From Octopus vulgaris (lineage: Eukaryota): DNA of 64,000 nucleotides. Every line of letters starts with the position of its first letter. Within the stretch, counting starts at the first letter, position 1. Made by a program: the position numbers and the translations under genes. This document shows positions 53,933 to 64,000 of this stretch, one piece after another. The notes beneath the pieces were generated by a model. It was not told the DNA's origin. It worked only from the letters and a program-made list of their open reading frames with translations, and did no database searches. The stretch covers positions 8,990,001-9,054,000 of the forward strand of contig OX597817.1 of the NCBI GenBank assembly GCA_951406725.2. The letters run 5' to 3'.

Positions 53933-56279
53933 TATTCTATATACCTATTGGAGGACTTGGTCTCTAAAGTACAAGCTAAGGAATCACTTGTCGGTTGGTA
54001 CTCTACGATACATATTTACATCTAAGCGGGCTTAACCGATTGAAAGTGGCGAGTCTTGATCTCAACTCAGTTGTCTGTATTCTCCTATAATGATTTTTGA
54101 CGTTGGCGTAAGGCCACAGTGTTTGGTGGAAGAGCTTAGTCAATGAAAAAGAAATCGACCCTGGTACATCGTTTTATCGATTCCAGAAGGCACAATGGCA
54201 ATGTTGGCATCCGCTAGATTTAAACTCTTAATGTAAAGAGATGTAACTAGATATCGCAAAGCATTTCGTCCGACGCGGTCTGCTTCTACCAATCTACCAC
54301 ACTCACATAATACAACAGCAACAATTCATAGTAATTTTTTATTATTCTTAAACGATGAATGTCACACAGAAAGCGTTAACTCTTGTCTGAACGATCCTAC
54401 GTGCCAGTTTTCACCCTAAGTTCAATTAACTTCAGTCGCACTGATAATGCTTTTGACAAAGGCTTGTTAGTCACAATTTCTCATCCACCGTCTCTTCTCG
54501 TACAGGAATGAGCTTGAGTTACACAATATGAGATTGATTTGACTAAAAAAAAAAGAACAATAAAATGTACTAATTAAGCGCAATTTATTATTTAGGCCAC
54601 AAATCTCTAACTAATCGGAACTTAACGCTACATTAAAGTACATTACATTGCTTTATTAACTTAATGGGATGGAGAAAGCCACAACTCTTTTTTTTTAGAG
54701 TGAAGATGAGTTTGTGTAATATCAATGCTTTTCTCAAGGGACAATCATTAGTGATATAAGTTAAACTATTTCGTTCGCTTTAGCCACCAGTCAAAGATAA
54801 ACTACATGACATTCCTTACCAAAGGAAGGAGAGAATAGAAAGAAAGAATTCCCACAACTGCTTCAAGGGACAGCATTTCTTATAAGGGATATAGCTGTAG
54901 ATTTATTATGTAATGGATATGGGGGTAATGGTGATTTGAAATGTATCAGTACAATAAGTGAAACAAAACAGGAAAAGAATCTTTCTTTTCAGGATTTTGT
55001 TTCGTTTACAGATTCATTGCTGTTGACAATGTTTTTACTTATTTTGGAGTGACACGAACTCTGAGGAATTTCTTATTGAAAAAAAAAATGGTATCGTGAT
55101 ATTCATTGTTTTTCTTAGAAATAATTTAGAAAAATTTAGTTAAATGTATAGTGAAAACACATCGTAGACACAATGGTACGGCTCTGTAGATGCTTACCTT
55201 CATTCTACGACACACGCTTAACACGAAATTTTTTCCATACATATAAGAGGAGGGAAGTATTAGAAGAAAGGAGAGGCACAATCCAAGAAATTCGTAACTT
55301 ACCGATGTAACTAAATTTACTCAGGTGAAAGCAGTTTCAATCTGAAACTGAGTAATATAAAATGCTAGTTCAACGAGAATGAGATTTTTTATTCTCTCAA
55401 AATTTCTTTTCTTTTTTTTTAAGAAAGGAAAATAATTCCTTTGACACCAGTAAGCTCCTGGTTTTAATTTCGTCAATGTTGTAAATGATAATAACATCAA
55501 CGGAATTTGAACATACGAGAGTGGGAAATCAAACTGGATAACGCAAAATACCCATTGGTAGACCTCTTTGCTTCTGCAGGTTTTATTTGATTAGCTAAAG
55601 ACCCAGCTACAGTTATAGAAACTAGTTTCAAGTTAGTTTCATTCAACTAAGCTATAGTAGATACGTGATCGGCCGAGCAACTTGGCATGAACTATTGATC
55701 TGTTTTTCTTTAATACCATGTTTTTGTACAGTCAAGGACCATGCTACACCGCCCTGCAACAAACTGTTAGTAACTGTTTGGAACGTACCGTGACAGCCTT
55801 CAGGTGCATTCTCTCTGCGGTTCAGTCTGTTCCTGTATAGATGTTGTTTAAACTCTTGTCGGTCCGTATAAAGCAGACACATCTCTTATCAAATAATTAA
55901 GAACGGTATTATCAAAAGTCATACCAGTCATTTACAATAGTCTTTTATTGTGGAATGCACCGGACAACATTACACACACTGTTCTGTTTTTGTAAGGGTA
56001 GAGGATGGTTTGAGAGAGATTTAACAACTATTTCTAATATCACGACCCTAGGATTGATAGAACAGTCAGAACATCGGATAAAATACCTTGCAGTATTTAG
56101 TTACGTTGGAAATGTGTTCAACGTTGAAATCAAAGGTTCTGGTTAAAATTGATAAAACAGGTACTAATCAAACAGTAATATCAATGTAATCGATTTTCCT
56201 GCTTTCCCCAAAATGTATAACCCTGGGCTAAATTTAGAAATAATAATGCTATCAAATTTTGCGCAAGACCAGCATTTTT

Positions 56280-56445
56280 CGGGGGATTGGGTAGGTCGAT
56301 TATAAGTTCAACCGGTACTTATTTTATCGACCCCAAAAGGATGAAAGATAAAGTCAACCTCGGCGGATTTCGAACCCAGGACGTAAAGACAGACGAAATG
56401 CCGCTAAGCATTTTGTCCGGCATGCTAACGATACCGCCAGCTCGC
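56280..56445 (-). mobile_element. SINE family B, diverged
   Basis: Body and head recognisable. Confidence 0.75.
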
Positions 56446-56867
56446 TAAACATCATTTATCACCAGCGAAGGTGGGAAACTATCACGAGGTCTCGAGATCA
56501 TACCCGAACGTCAACAGTTGGAGAGAAGACGACTGTGTGAACACAATACAGTCGTCTTCCCTCCAATTGCTGACGTTCGTACGTTTCTAAATACTATTAG
56601 CATTGTAAGTAAACTGAAGCATCTTCAACTGAAAATTGAAAACCACTCGCTTAGAACCAATACAATGTTCTATAACAGACAATATTTATAAATATTTCTA
56701 GCATAAACACGAAGTCTTTAATTAGTAGTGTAAGGATAAAATCGATTATATCAACTCAAATATTTGATTGTTACTTTTATTCTATTGGGCCCGGAAGGAT
56801 GATAAGTGAAGTTGACATCGGCTCAATTTAATGTCAGTATGACCAGTAATATTAATTCAGTTTCTAA

Positions 56868-57043
56868 GGCACTTCTTAAATGCAGAGGTCCCGATGCATC
56901 TACGTAAAGACGTTTTTACAGTGCACACTCGTTAGGGTTAGTTTTAGGGTTAGCTTTAGGGTTAGTTTTTAAGGTTAGTTTTTGTATCGGGGTCTCTGTA
57001 TTGAAGTAGTACCGTTAAGGGACCTCTGTATTTAAGTAGTAAC
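56868..57043. mobile_element. MITE-like element with internal TTAGGG-like repeats
   Basis: GGCACTTCTTAAATGCAGAGGTCCC is inverted to GGGACCTCTGTATTTAAGTAGTAAC; ends resemble those of 49129-49321. Confidence 0.55.
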
Positions 57044-58287
57044 GTTTCTAGTATAAGAACAATGCCACATTTTGAGAATAGGGTGTAGTTGATTTAATCA
57101 GTATAGTAGTTAGTCTTATCTAATTGCATTTACATTTGTTATATCATAGGAATATATATTGGCCCTTTATTTCGTCAACCTTGAAACAAAAAAAAAAAAG
57201 AAATACAATTGATCCTGGGGGAAAATCAAAGCTTTATGGTCCAAGTCACTTTGCCCACCTACTGATCTAAGGGTTTCTGGTACTTGTCCGAAGCTGCCTC
57301 GTTTTGGGAGCGGTACCGGTAGATTAAATCATTCCTGGTACTTTGCTGGTACTTATTTCATTGACCCCTAGAAATATTAAAGTTAAACCAAACCCGACAA
57401 TATTTGAACTCAAAATACAAACAGGTGTAACTGCCACACAAGACATTTCGTCCAATGCTCTACTGATTCTGCAATTCATTCTGATTTCTTTGATTAAGTA
57501 GAAAGTTAATTCTTTGTATAAACATTTTGATTAAATCAGTTTGAATATAAATGATATCAGTATATGGTTGGTATTTTGATTTGTACATAAATCTTCAGGT
57601 TGACAAAAACATGTCGACTCTATCGGATTTAATATTTCCATTTTACATAGTTAGAAAGTTTATGCATGTTATGAAGGACTTAGAAATTATAATGAGAAAT
57701 AAAAAGTTAGCTACAAATGATTTGTTGGTGAGGTGAAAATTATCAAAAAAAAAATTTTTTTTAATCGATGTTTCTCTAACAAAAGCAACATACATTCTAC
57801 ATGAGTGTATGTGTAGCCATCATTAATGAGTAACTAATTAATAATGCCTCATCCCAGGACACCGGAGAAAGCAATGCATGAAGGCCCCTACATACACAAC
57901 CGCGGCGTACATAGATTAGTGTTTGGCCCCCTTGGCCCGTTAGGCCACCAAACAATCGCCCCGTGTGTTTATGCTTGTAAGTGGCACAGCCCCACCCACC
58001 AACTTCTTCACACATGAACTATCATAAATATACATTTATACATCATGTAGACGATAAATTTAAGTGCTTGGTGAAATGTGAACGGTTAAAGGTCAGAGTA
58101 TTGTTATTAAGTAATAAAGTTGCTGAATAGGTGTTTTAAAAACCTGAAAGTAAAATATTTATACAAAGATTTACAGACAATGAATGAAACAAGAATGATA
58201 TACATGTCATATATACCCATGCACACGTGTGTATACGCCTGTGTTTACAATTGCGCACATATATATATACTTATATATATATATATA

Positions 58288-58510
58288 CACGAGAGGATGC
58301 CGTAAAGTTCTTAGCTTTCAGGGTATCGCGAAAAGCCTGGCTGAAGGCCCGACCTTCCGGGTTCTTTTGCAGGGATTAAGAAAAACTGAAGGACCCCTGC
58401 AACAAGTGTGTGAATCTGAGAGGGGAATAAGTTAAATAAAATTATTATTAACTGACCCTCCTGTATTTTCTTTTACCGAAAGCCAGAAACTTTTTAGCAT
58501 CCCCTCATAT
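58288..58510 (+). mobile_element. Mariner-derived MITE, both TIRs present
   Basis: ACGAGAGGATGCCGTAAAGTTC...GAAACTTTTTAGCATCCCCTCAT; transposase C-terminal remnant inside. Confidence 0.75.
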
Positions 58511-58521
58511 AATATATATAA

Positions 58522-58551
<30 letters not shown>

Positions 58552-58557
<6 letters not shown>

Positions 58558-58659
58558 TTTATAGAAGGAGCTTCTACAGGACTAGAACTGTTTCATTCAA
58601 ATGATTTCTTTTGAATGAAACAGTTCTAGTCCTGTAGAAGCTCCTTCTATAAAATAAAT
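58552..58659. repeat. Perfect hairpin, arms of about 50 bp, next to (TA)n
   Basis: ATTTATTTTATAGAAGGAGCTTCTACAGGACTAGAACTGTTTCATTCAAA and its reverse complement. Confidence 0.9.
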
Positions 58660-59876
58660 TAATTTACTCTGCTATGTATTGAGTACCTTATTTACTGTGG
58701 TTAACCCCGACTCAACCCGGGACCTACATATATATATATATATATACGAAGTATGTATAGTTACCTCATCAAGCTAGAGAGACGGGAAGAAAGAAAGGTA
58801 AAAATTCCAAAATCCGAACCACTGTATTTCTTACTATTTCTCACCAGTTAGGATGATCCGCCCACTTTTTCGTCAAGAGTAATAGGACAAGGACAGCCTT
58901 AAACGAGATAAGATGGTTGTAGCTGTTATATGCTTGCTGTTGTTGTTGTAACTGTTGTTGTTTTGGTACTGTTAGTGCCTGGTTGTGGTGGTGGTGTTGT
59001 TGTTGGTGGGTAAGTGTGACAATAATAGTAAACGTCAAACTGGTTGAGATGATGTGTTTGGTAAGAGAGTTTCTGATAGGATTGGAGGAGGTAGAGAGGA
59101 GATAAGAGAAGAGAAGGGAAGACAGCAGAAGTTGTAGTGGTGGTGGTGGTGGTGACGATACAGACATGAAGGTGGTGGTGGCGGCGGCGGTGTGTAATCA
59201 GCTGGTAGCTATAGCGAAGTCGTCAGAGAGAGAGAGAGAGAGAGAGAGAGAACCCCCCAAAAGAACGTCTATCCACGTACAAAGGCCATAACATGACAAG
59301 CTAGAGTGGTGGTGGTGGTGGTGGTGGTGGTGGCGGGGAGGAGGAAGAACGAGAGGACGAGGGCAGCGGTGGGGGGGGGGTAAAGAGTGTGAGCAGCGAT
59401 AAGAAGACAGAGTATGAAACGAAGGGGAGGAGAAGCAATAGTGGATAGAGAGGAAAGAGAAGAGGGAGGGTAAAGAAAACGTAACCCAGGACACAGGAAA
59501 AAGTGAAGTAGTAGTAGTAGTGAGAGAGAGGGAGAAGAGGAGCAGAGAGGTTGGTCGATAGTTTATTGCTGAGGCAGCGGATGGATAAGATTTCCAAAGT
59601 TTTGGTGAGTCTGCATGCAACGCGCGCGCGTACAACACATCTTTTACTGGTTTCAATCACTGAACTGCGGCTATGTCGGAGCACTGCCTTGACCAACAGC
59701 TTAGTCGAACAAATATTGATCCTAGAATTTTTCAGTGGGCTTCCTTTTTCTTTTTTCTTTTTTTTGTTTTGTTTTGTTTGCCGAAACTGCTAAGCTACCC
59801 CAAACGTAAACAAATCATGCCGGGTGGAGAACATACACAAACATAAGTTTAAAAGAGCATTTGATATATATATAAA

Positions 59877-60208
59877 CCTTGGGCAAGTCTCTTCTACTAT
59901 AGCCTCGGGACGACCAAAGCCTTGTGAGTGGATTTGGTAGGCGGAAACTGAAAGAAGCCCGTTGTATATATGTATATATGTATGCGTGTGTATATGTTTG
60001 TGTGTCTGTATTTGTCCCATCCAACATCGCTTGACAACCGATGCTGGTGTGTTTATGTCCCCGTCACTTAGTGGTTCGGCAAAAGTGACCAATAGAATAA
60101 GTACTGGGCTTACAAAGAATAAGTCCCGGGGTCGAGTTGCTCGATTAAAGGCGGTGCTCCAGCATGGCCACAGTCAAATGACTGAAACAAGTAAAAGAGT
60201 AAAGAGTA
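59877..60208 (+). mobile_element. SINE family A, 5'-truncated
   Basis: Starts at the CCTTGGGCAAGT block. Confidence 0.85.
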
Positions 60209-60702
60209 AGCCCAAACAAACGGGTTTATTTATGTGTGTGTATGTATCTCTTATTATAAAAGGCAGATTTTATCTGCCTCCCTTTGGGAGTTATACAAAT
60301 TTACAATATAGGATTTCTTCAATTACAATTTACCTAGCAATTTTAAGAGTACAATGCATCGCGTCATGCCAGGTCCAGTTTTTAAAATTTAAACTCCAAT
60401 TAAGCAAAATTTACAGAAAACTCACATTCTGGTGTGTGTGTCAAATGCTTTTCTTAGTCTGGTTTACACCACACGCAAATGCACACACACAGTGGGCAAC
60501 GAATAAAGTGAAACTAGATGTAATATTTGTTTCTCTCTATCACGCTGATAGATACATGAGTAAAATGTATGGGAAGCTAACACATAAGTGTGAGTGAAAA
60601 TGTTCTTGGAAGAGAGTAAATAGCCAGAGATAGTGATTTGAGGAAGACTTTACATTAAATAACCGTACTGGCTTGTGTTAGTAATAAAGTAAACATACAC
60701 TC

Positions 60703-60724
60703 ATACATACATACATACATACAT

Positions 60725-60759
<35 letters not shown>

Positions 60760-60822
60760 TACATACATACACACACACATACATACACACATACATACAT
60801 ACATACATATACATACATACAT

Positions 60823-60878
<56 letters not shown>

Positions 60879-61053
60879 GAAGCTTGAGAACAATCAGATA
60901 CATTTGCAACACATCTGTTGAAAATATTATTGTTCACACACATACATATACATATATACATACAGACAGACAGACAGATAGACACACACACACACACACA
61001 TGCATGGCCACAACCTCAAGGCTGAAACATATAAAAGAATAACAGAATATAAA

Positions 61054-61088
<35 letters not shown>

Positions 61089-61148
61089 ATGTATGTATGT
61101 ATGTATGTATGTATGTATGTATGTATGTATGTATGTATATATATATAA
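60703..61148. repeat. Compound (CATA)n/(CA)n/(TATG)n microsatellite cluster
   Basis: Directly visible. Confidence 0.9.
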
Positions 61149-61322
61149 TAATGCGGTTTTTTCAACAGCTTGAACTAAAAGTCAGAGGGGAATGGGATAA
61201 ACTACTTATATTAACTTGCTATAAAAGCAGGTAGTAATTTTAACTTGTCCTTATTCATAGTGCAAGTTTTGAAGAGTGCATTTCGATTTTAACAGCTATT
61301 TTTTTCAAAGCTATATTGGAAC

Positions 61323-61572
61323 AGCCTAGAAGACGAGCCTCATCCTGAAAGATCTGTAGAACTCGACAAGGACATCCTGAAAACCCTGGTGGAACAAAAT
61401 CTCATCGTAACTGTTGAGGAACTAGCAGAGAAGCTTGGATTTGGTCATTCAACCATTCATTGAGACCTGTGTGCTATCGGAAAAGTCAGCAAATTGGGTC
61501 AATGGGTTCCTCACGAACTTTCCGAGTCTAATTGCATGCAGAGAGTGAATGTATGCTTTTCTTTGCTGTCAC
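61323..61572 (+). mobile_element. Mariner transposase pseudogene fragment (HTH and WVPHEL)
   Basis: SLEDEPH...TVEELAEKLGFGHSTIH*...GKVSKLGQWVPHELSE, with an in-frame stop. Confidence 0.9.
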
Positions 61573-61598
61573 ATCTCACCACTACTGCGCTATGTATA

Positions 61599-62176
61599 TC
61601 TATATATATAAAACCGTAGTTGTGTGAGTGTCTGTCCCCTTCGATTTAGATTCCTAACTACTCCCACATTTTGCGGTGCAGTTTAACTAAATTCGGGTAG
61701 CTTATAGTCGTGATTCATATCGAGCCCGCCTGAGTATTAGCGCGCGTCTACGATGAGTCTACGATTTTAAAAATAATTTAACATCATTTTTTATTCCATT
61801 TTAATGCATAATTTTTCGTGTGTCGATGGCGGCGGAGTTGGCGTCCACGCTCACACCTGCACCTGTGGGGAAGGGAGTGTAAGGAAATCAACGTCGTAAT
61901 GCGTTGTCAAGGAGACCAGCGTTCTTTTAGAACAACGACTTCATGGCTTGAAGACACCAAAACAGAAATGGCTAAGAAAGCGTCTACATGAGTCTACGAT
62001 TTAAAAAGTAACTCTCTGAAAATGTCTACGATGAGTCAACGATTTTTCAAAAAATTTACCATCATATTTTTTCCATTTTTAATGCATTTTTTGCTATTTT
62101 TTGGCTATAACTCTCTAAAAATGCTTATATAGTTATTTCCCTTACAAACCCGAGCAACGCCGGGCGATACTGCTAG
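61599..62176 (+). mobile_element. Non-autonomous Helitron, long variant
   Basis: TC...CTAG ends and hairpin; shares its internal segment with 53418-53932. Confidence 0.87.
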
Positions 62177-62204
62177 TTATATATATATGTATGTATTTAT
62201 GTAC

Positions 62205-62255
<51 letters not shown>

Positions 62256-62280
62256 TAAATACATACATATAAATACATAC

Positions 62281-62311
<31 letters not shown>

Positions 62312-62531
62312 ATACATATACACACACATATATATCAATAAACCCGTTTGTTTGTGCTTATATATATATTATGCGCTAGAATGGGAGAAAGCGCTAATAC
62401 ATGATCTAAGTTATATGATGTATAAAAACATGTAATATACAAATAAATATCTGTAAATATAAAACCATCCGAATTTCTGAGTACCTTATTTCTTCTAATA
62501 TTAAATACCTGTACATCATCTCCAAACCTTC

Positions 62532-62582
<51 letters not shown>

Positions 62583-62761
62583 CAAAGGAATTCCTACTCT
62601 GTCTGTTTTTTTTTGTTTTATTTATATTCTATATAATATTAATGTAGAATATAGAATATATAGTATATATAGTAAAATGAAATGAAGTATTGATTGTCTT
62701 ATTGAATAGATGAAATACTGAATATCAAATATTAGGGGACTAGTATACTTTCTTGCATTAA

Positions 62762-62798
<37 letters not shown>

Positions 62799-63212
62799 AG
62801 ACTATTGAAAAGGTTGCAAGACGCAATGGAAATTTTAGGAAAATAAAAATAAGAATTAAGTGGAAATTTTACCAGTGAATGTGTTAAATTATAAGGCACA
62901 AAAAGAAGATGACTCCCCCAGACACAACAGAATATGCTTCAACACACGAACTCATATAAAGAATCTTGCAAATGAAATCCAAAAACGAAATAATTCCCTT
63001 CAGTATTCACTTTATTCTGTTAAAAGTAATATTTATTCACGTGGTTTTGCATTATCTCATAGCTTTAAAATTTTGATGAGGTAACTGTCAATTTTTGGAA
63101 TGGTATTGTAAGGTAGGTGTAAGAGGCTAGATCTGGCCAGTTTGAACATAAAACAGGTGGAATATTTTGGCCGGATACGGCTGGTGAAAATGCTAAAGGG
63201 ATATATTATGTG

Positions 63213-63604
63213 TAGGAGGGGCAGTGTGGTAAGTAGCTTGCTTACCAACCACATGGTTCCGAGTTCAGTCCTACTGCGGTGGCACCTTGGGCAAGTGTCT
63301 TCTACTATAGCCTCGGACCGACCAAAGCCTTGTGAGTGGATTTGGTAGACGGAAACTGAAAGAAGCCCGTCGTATATATGTATATATATGTATGTTTGTG
63401 TGTCTGTGTTTGTACCCCCAACATCGCTTGACAACCGATGCTGGTGTGTTTATGTTCCCGTAACCTAGCGGTTCGGCAAAAGAGATCGATAGAATAAGTA
63501 CTGGGCTTACAAAGAATAAGTCCTGGGGTCGATTTGCTCGACTAAAGGCGGTGCTCCAGCATGGCCGCAGTCAAATGACTGAAACAACTAAAAGAGTAAA
63601 AGAG
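63213..63604 (+). mobile_element. SINE family A, full length
   Basis: Matches 51617-52081. Confidence 0.9.
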
Positions 63605-63668
63605 TTATTATTTAACGCATCATCTCTTATTTTGTTTACACTAAGTGAATTTACACACACACATATAC

Positions 63669-63800
63669 AGTAAACTTTCGATATACGAGTTAATTTGTTC
63701 CCGGATATCGCTCGTAAAATGAAAACTCGAAAAGCAGAGCAATAATTTCTCGTAGCAGTAATGTTATAAATCGTAACAGAATCGTTCCCCGAAAAATATT
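63669..63800 (+). mobile_element. Possible pogo/Tigger-like MITE end
   Basis: TA-CAGTAAAC..TCGATATACGAGTTAATTTGTTCC resembles Tigger-type termini; the other end was not found. Confidence 0.4.
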
Positions 63801-64000
63801 TTACCTATAAAATTTATAATATTCGTAAATAAATGGAAATAAAACAAAGTAGAACGTAAAGAATATTGTACGTGAAGTAGTATCGATCGCAACAGCTGAT
63901 GTACTTACGCGTACAAATGCACGTTCCCACGGCTTTATCGATCGCATTCTCACCTGGAATCGATTTTTGTAATTTTTTCAAGACTTATACACGTCCTGAT

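Noticed and set aside
59962-60597. 211-aa ORF
   Set aside because: Read-through of a SINE tail into adjacent repeat-like sequence with no protein features.
63909-63953. 45-nt minus-strand exon-like segment (ENAIDKAVGTCICT) with a GTAAGT donor
   Set aside because: A-rich acceptor with no pyrimidine tract, and no partner exons can be identified at the window edge.

Overview
AT-rich, microsatellite- and SINE-dense eukaryotic DNA. The repeat families look like those of an octopus (coleoid cephalopod), which is an inference. The main gene is a complete minus-strand two-pore channel of the TPC3 type. I reconstructed 19 coding exons by hand (ATG at 52358, stop at 10361; 2358 nt, 785 aa), and the splice phases match at every junction. 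One intron (22522-23170) is a U12-type AT-AC minor-spliceosome intron with a Helitron inside it. Introns and flanks carry four tRNA-derived SINE families, non-autonomous Helitrons, mariner/pogo, MULE and hAT MITEs, and RTE, CR1 and Penelope fragments. The most unusual signal is a set of hammerhead-ribozyme motifs. A ~355-bp tandem repeat (5700-6614) carries a type I hammerhead with a U3-A8 core covariation in each complete unit, which makes it retrozyme-like. A canonical-core hammerhead sits in the loop of an inverted repeat on the TPC3 sense strand. Further minimal hammerheads and long palindromes also appear related to Penelope-like elements. Also noted: a 5S-rRNA-head/SINE-tail chimera, a pre-miRNA-like hairpin and a locally templated insertion with a target-site duplication (TSD). 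Most ORFs in the supplied track are microsatellite or SINE artefacts. All calls were made by eye and no searches were run.
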